Below, in pieces: positions 61,154 to 64,000 of a stretch of 64,000 nucleotides of DNA; position 1 is the first letter of the stretch, and each line of letters begins with the position of its first letter. The DNA comes from Basidiobolus meristosporus CBS 931.73 (Eukaryota > Fungi > Basidiobolomycota), in assembly GCA_002104905.1 (NCBI GenBank), contig MCFE01000333.1:28760-92759 (forward strand), given 5' to 3'. Below the pieces are notes generated by a model. It had not been told where the DNA came from. It did not search any database and saw nothing but the letters and a program-made list of their open reading frames with translations. Position numbers and translations under genes: made by a program.

Positions 61154-64000
61154 ATGTCGGAACAGCGTAATATCTCCCCCGCGGAGGCGATTTCTTCTCC
61201 AGATAGAGGGGTGAGTTCTGCAGAGATAGCCCCTTCAAAGGAAGTTGCCAGTGACACGGTTAGAGGATACAAACTTCTTGCCAACAAAATAGAAAAAAGC
61301 GACACGGACGATCGTTCTTACCGCATGATCCAGTTGGACAACGGCCTGCAGGCCATGCTCATCCACGATCCGGAAACGGATCACGGGAGTGCCGCCTTGG
61401 ACGTCCACGTTGGACATCTCTCGGACCCCGAGAACCTGCAGGGCTTGGCGCATTTTTGCGAGCATCTGTTATTCATGGTACATACTTTCGAGACTTCTCA
61501 CTGCCACCCTTTGGTCACCCTCTAACCGTCCGGAACTTTTCTAGGGCACGAAGAAAGTATGTTGCGTTTTGTGGCCTCGTAGGAAAGACCAGGATTTGGT
61601 ATAACCTTTGTGTGTGTTCTTTAGTATCCAGTCGAAAACGACTACAACCAGTATCTGTCGGAGCACGGTGGAGATTCCAACGCTTTCACTTCCCTCGATA
61701 ACACCAACTACTTCTTCGAGGTCAGGCACGAGCACTTGGAAGGTGCCTTAGATAGGTAGCTATCTAGCATGATGTCGACAGCAACCCGATTTCCCAACTT
61801 AGTTAATTCCCTATGCGCAGGTTCGCCCAGTTCTTCATTTCCCCTCTGTTCAGCCCTAGCTGTACTGAGCGAGAGATCAAGGCAGTGGACTCTGGTGAGT
61901 GGGCCTCAAGCTTTAACGCGAACCACCCCGCACCCGTCTAACCTTCGCGCCCCATCCAGAGAACAAGAAGAACCTCCAATCGGACAATTGGCGTATCTTC
62001 CAACTGGAGAAGAGTCTCTCCAGCCCTCAGCATCCTTACTGTCATTTCGGAACCGGTAGAAAGATTTATTGGCTGGTTTTCGAAGGAGACCCACTCACAT
62101 CGCTCCACTTTCGCAGGAAACCTTCAAACTCTGTGGGACGGGCCCATCGAGCAAGGGCTGGACGTCAGAGACGAGCTACTTAAATTCCATGATAGATATT
62201 ATTCCTCCAACATAATGAAGCTCGTGGTACTTGGAAGAGGTAAACCGCAGTTCGCCGCCCGCCAGGACCACCATTCCACTAACTCCCATCCCATTCAGAG
62301 TCCCTGGACAAACTCACTGACTGGGTCGTCACCAAATTTTCCCCGATCGAGAACAAAAACATAGAAGCCCCGGTCTTTCCAGGAAACCCATTAACTCCCC
62401 GTGAACTCCAGGTTTCTGGCCAGTAGTAGTTGTAGTCCAGCCCGGGGCCCCACGCTAACCCGAACTCTCCTCCAGAAACAAGTCAAAATTAGACCCGTGA
62501 AAGACCTCCGTACCTTGGAGCTCGCATTTCCTTTCCCGGACCAGTATCCGTTGTACAAAGTGCAGGTAGGTAGCGTTCTTCTGGCTTGTCGTGCTGAAGG
62601 CTGAACTAACGGCCGGTACAGCCGGGTAGGTATTTGTCCCACTTGATTGGCCACGAGGGCACCGGCTCGATCCTCTCGTTGCTCAAGAAGAAAGGTAAAG
62701 GAGATCTGCATGAATCCTCTGTGATGGGATGATCTGACTGATCTGCGTTAAGGTTGGGCGAACTATTTGTCCGCCGGCGCTTCGCACGGTGGTATTGGGT
62801 TCGAGTTTTTCAAAATCAGCGTGGACCTCACCGAGGAAGGCTTAAGTAAGTGAGAGCCTGGCAGCTGGCAAGAGCGCAGTTTGACTAACAAGTCTCCACT
62901 CCACCAGACCACACGGACGAGATCGTTCGCATTATATTCCAATACATCGAGATGATGAAGAGAGTCGGTGTGCAGGAATGGATCTTCCGCGAGGTTGAGA
63001 ACCTTGCCTCGATGTCGTTTAGATTCAAGGAGAAAACCCACCTTCAAGCTATACCTCGCGGGTGGCTACCCTGATGCAACGCCCATACCCTCCAGAATGG
63101 GTGCTCTCCGGACCGTATCTTATTCGCGAATATAACCCCAATGCATCGAAGAATGCTTGAATGGCTCCGCCCAGACAACTTCAGGTAACGTCTCTCCCCA
63201 AGCCCGCCGAACCAACCCTACGAGCTCTAACCCCGAGTCCCTTGATCAGAACCTTCTTGATTAGCCAGAGCTTCGACCCCAAGGGAATGGAGGTTGAGAA
63301 ATGGTATGGAACCAATTACCAGGTGGCCGACTTTTTCCGAGGAATTCAAAGAGGTAACTAAACAGAGTTAAGCCATGCCTACGGCCACTCATCCCTTTCC
63401 CTCCACGCAGGACCTTCGCAAGCTTACCCTGAATGCGGAACTCAAATTCCCAAAGCCAAATCCATTCATCCCGACCAACTTCGACACCAATAAGGTCCCC
63501 ACCAAAGAGCCGATCAAACGCCCCGCACTCATCTGCAACAACGGCATCTCCCGGGTGTGGCACAAGAAGGATGATACGTTCTGGGTACCCAAATTGAATA
63601 TGTGGTTCTTCTTCAAGACCCGCTGGCGTACGATACGCCATCGAGCTGCGTCAAGACCAGAATGTTCACCGAGCTCCTGAGGGATTCCCTCACCGAGTAC
63701 TCGTACGACGCCGAAGTGGCGGGCATCAACTACTCCTTGGAGAACGAGACCGAGGGAATCTCCCTGGAAATCGACGGGTACAACGACAAGATCGGCATCC
63801 TGCTTGACACGATTGTCCAGCGCATGAAGGCGTTCGAGGTCAAGCCCGAAAGGTTCGAGATCGTCCGGGAAGAGGTTCGCCGCGGCTTCAAGAACTTCCA
63901 GCTCGAGGCCCCCCATCAACACTCCATGTATTATCTGTCGTATGTTATCCAAGACCGACTTTGGACCCATGACGAGAAGCTGGCCGAGTTGGACGGGCTT
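61154..64000 (+). CDS. IDE: Insulin-degrading enzyme / Ste23-like M16A metallopeptidase, multi-exon, 3'-partial; five apparent 1-bp indels
   Basis: Inverted zinc motif HFCEH in exon 1. Inferred exons: 61154-61477, 61545-61556, 61625-61755, 61821-61894, 61960-62055, 62117-62239, 62299-62411, 62476-62565, 62622-62694, 62753-62845, 62908-63184, 63250-63353, 63411 to end. All introns are GT-AG, about 56-68 nt. Motifs HLIGHEG, KWYGTNY and [12 protein letters not shown]. Confidence 0.9.

Overview
Eukaryotic, most likely fungal, DNA in two sharply different compartments; the short GT-AG introns with CTAAC branch points in the last gene support this, but the lineage cannot be fixed from sequence alone. 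Positions 1 to about 53,100 are a CpG-depleted graveyard of nested, decayed transposons. They include many fragments of one CACTA/CMC-type DNA transposon (CCCTA termini, Tnp2 plus DUF4218-like transposase, divergent accessory ORF), a full-length and two partial copies of one Ty3/gypsy element, a second gypsy relic, two Ty1/copia relics, a TTAA-flanked piggyBac-like element, solo LTRs and a fold-back repeat. Positions about 53,100 to 64,000 are CpG-rich gene space. This part holds an intronless five-gene cluster: two near-identical PhnY-like Fe(II)/2-oxoglutarate dioxygenases in inverted orientation, two tandem PAP2 (DPP1-like) lipid phosphate phosphatases between them, and a PhnZ-like HD-domain oxygenase. 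An intron-rich insulin-degrading enzyme (M16) gene follows and runs off the window. The most interesting signal is this apparent fungal phosphonate (C-P bond) catabolism and phosphate-scavenging cluster. All alignments were done by eye, family assignments rest on recalled motifs, and no database searches were run. Coordinates of decayed repeat fragments are approximate.
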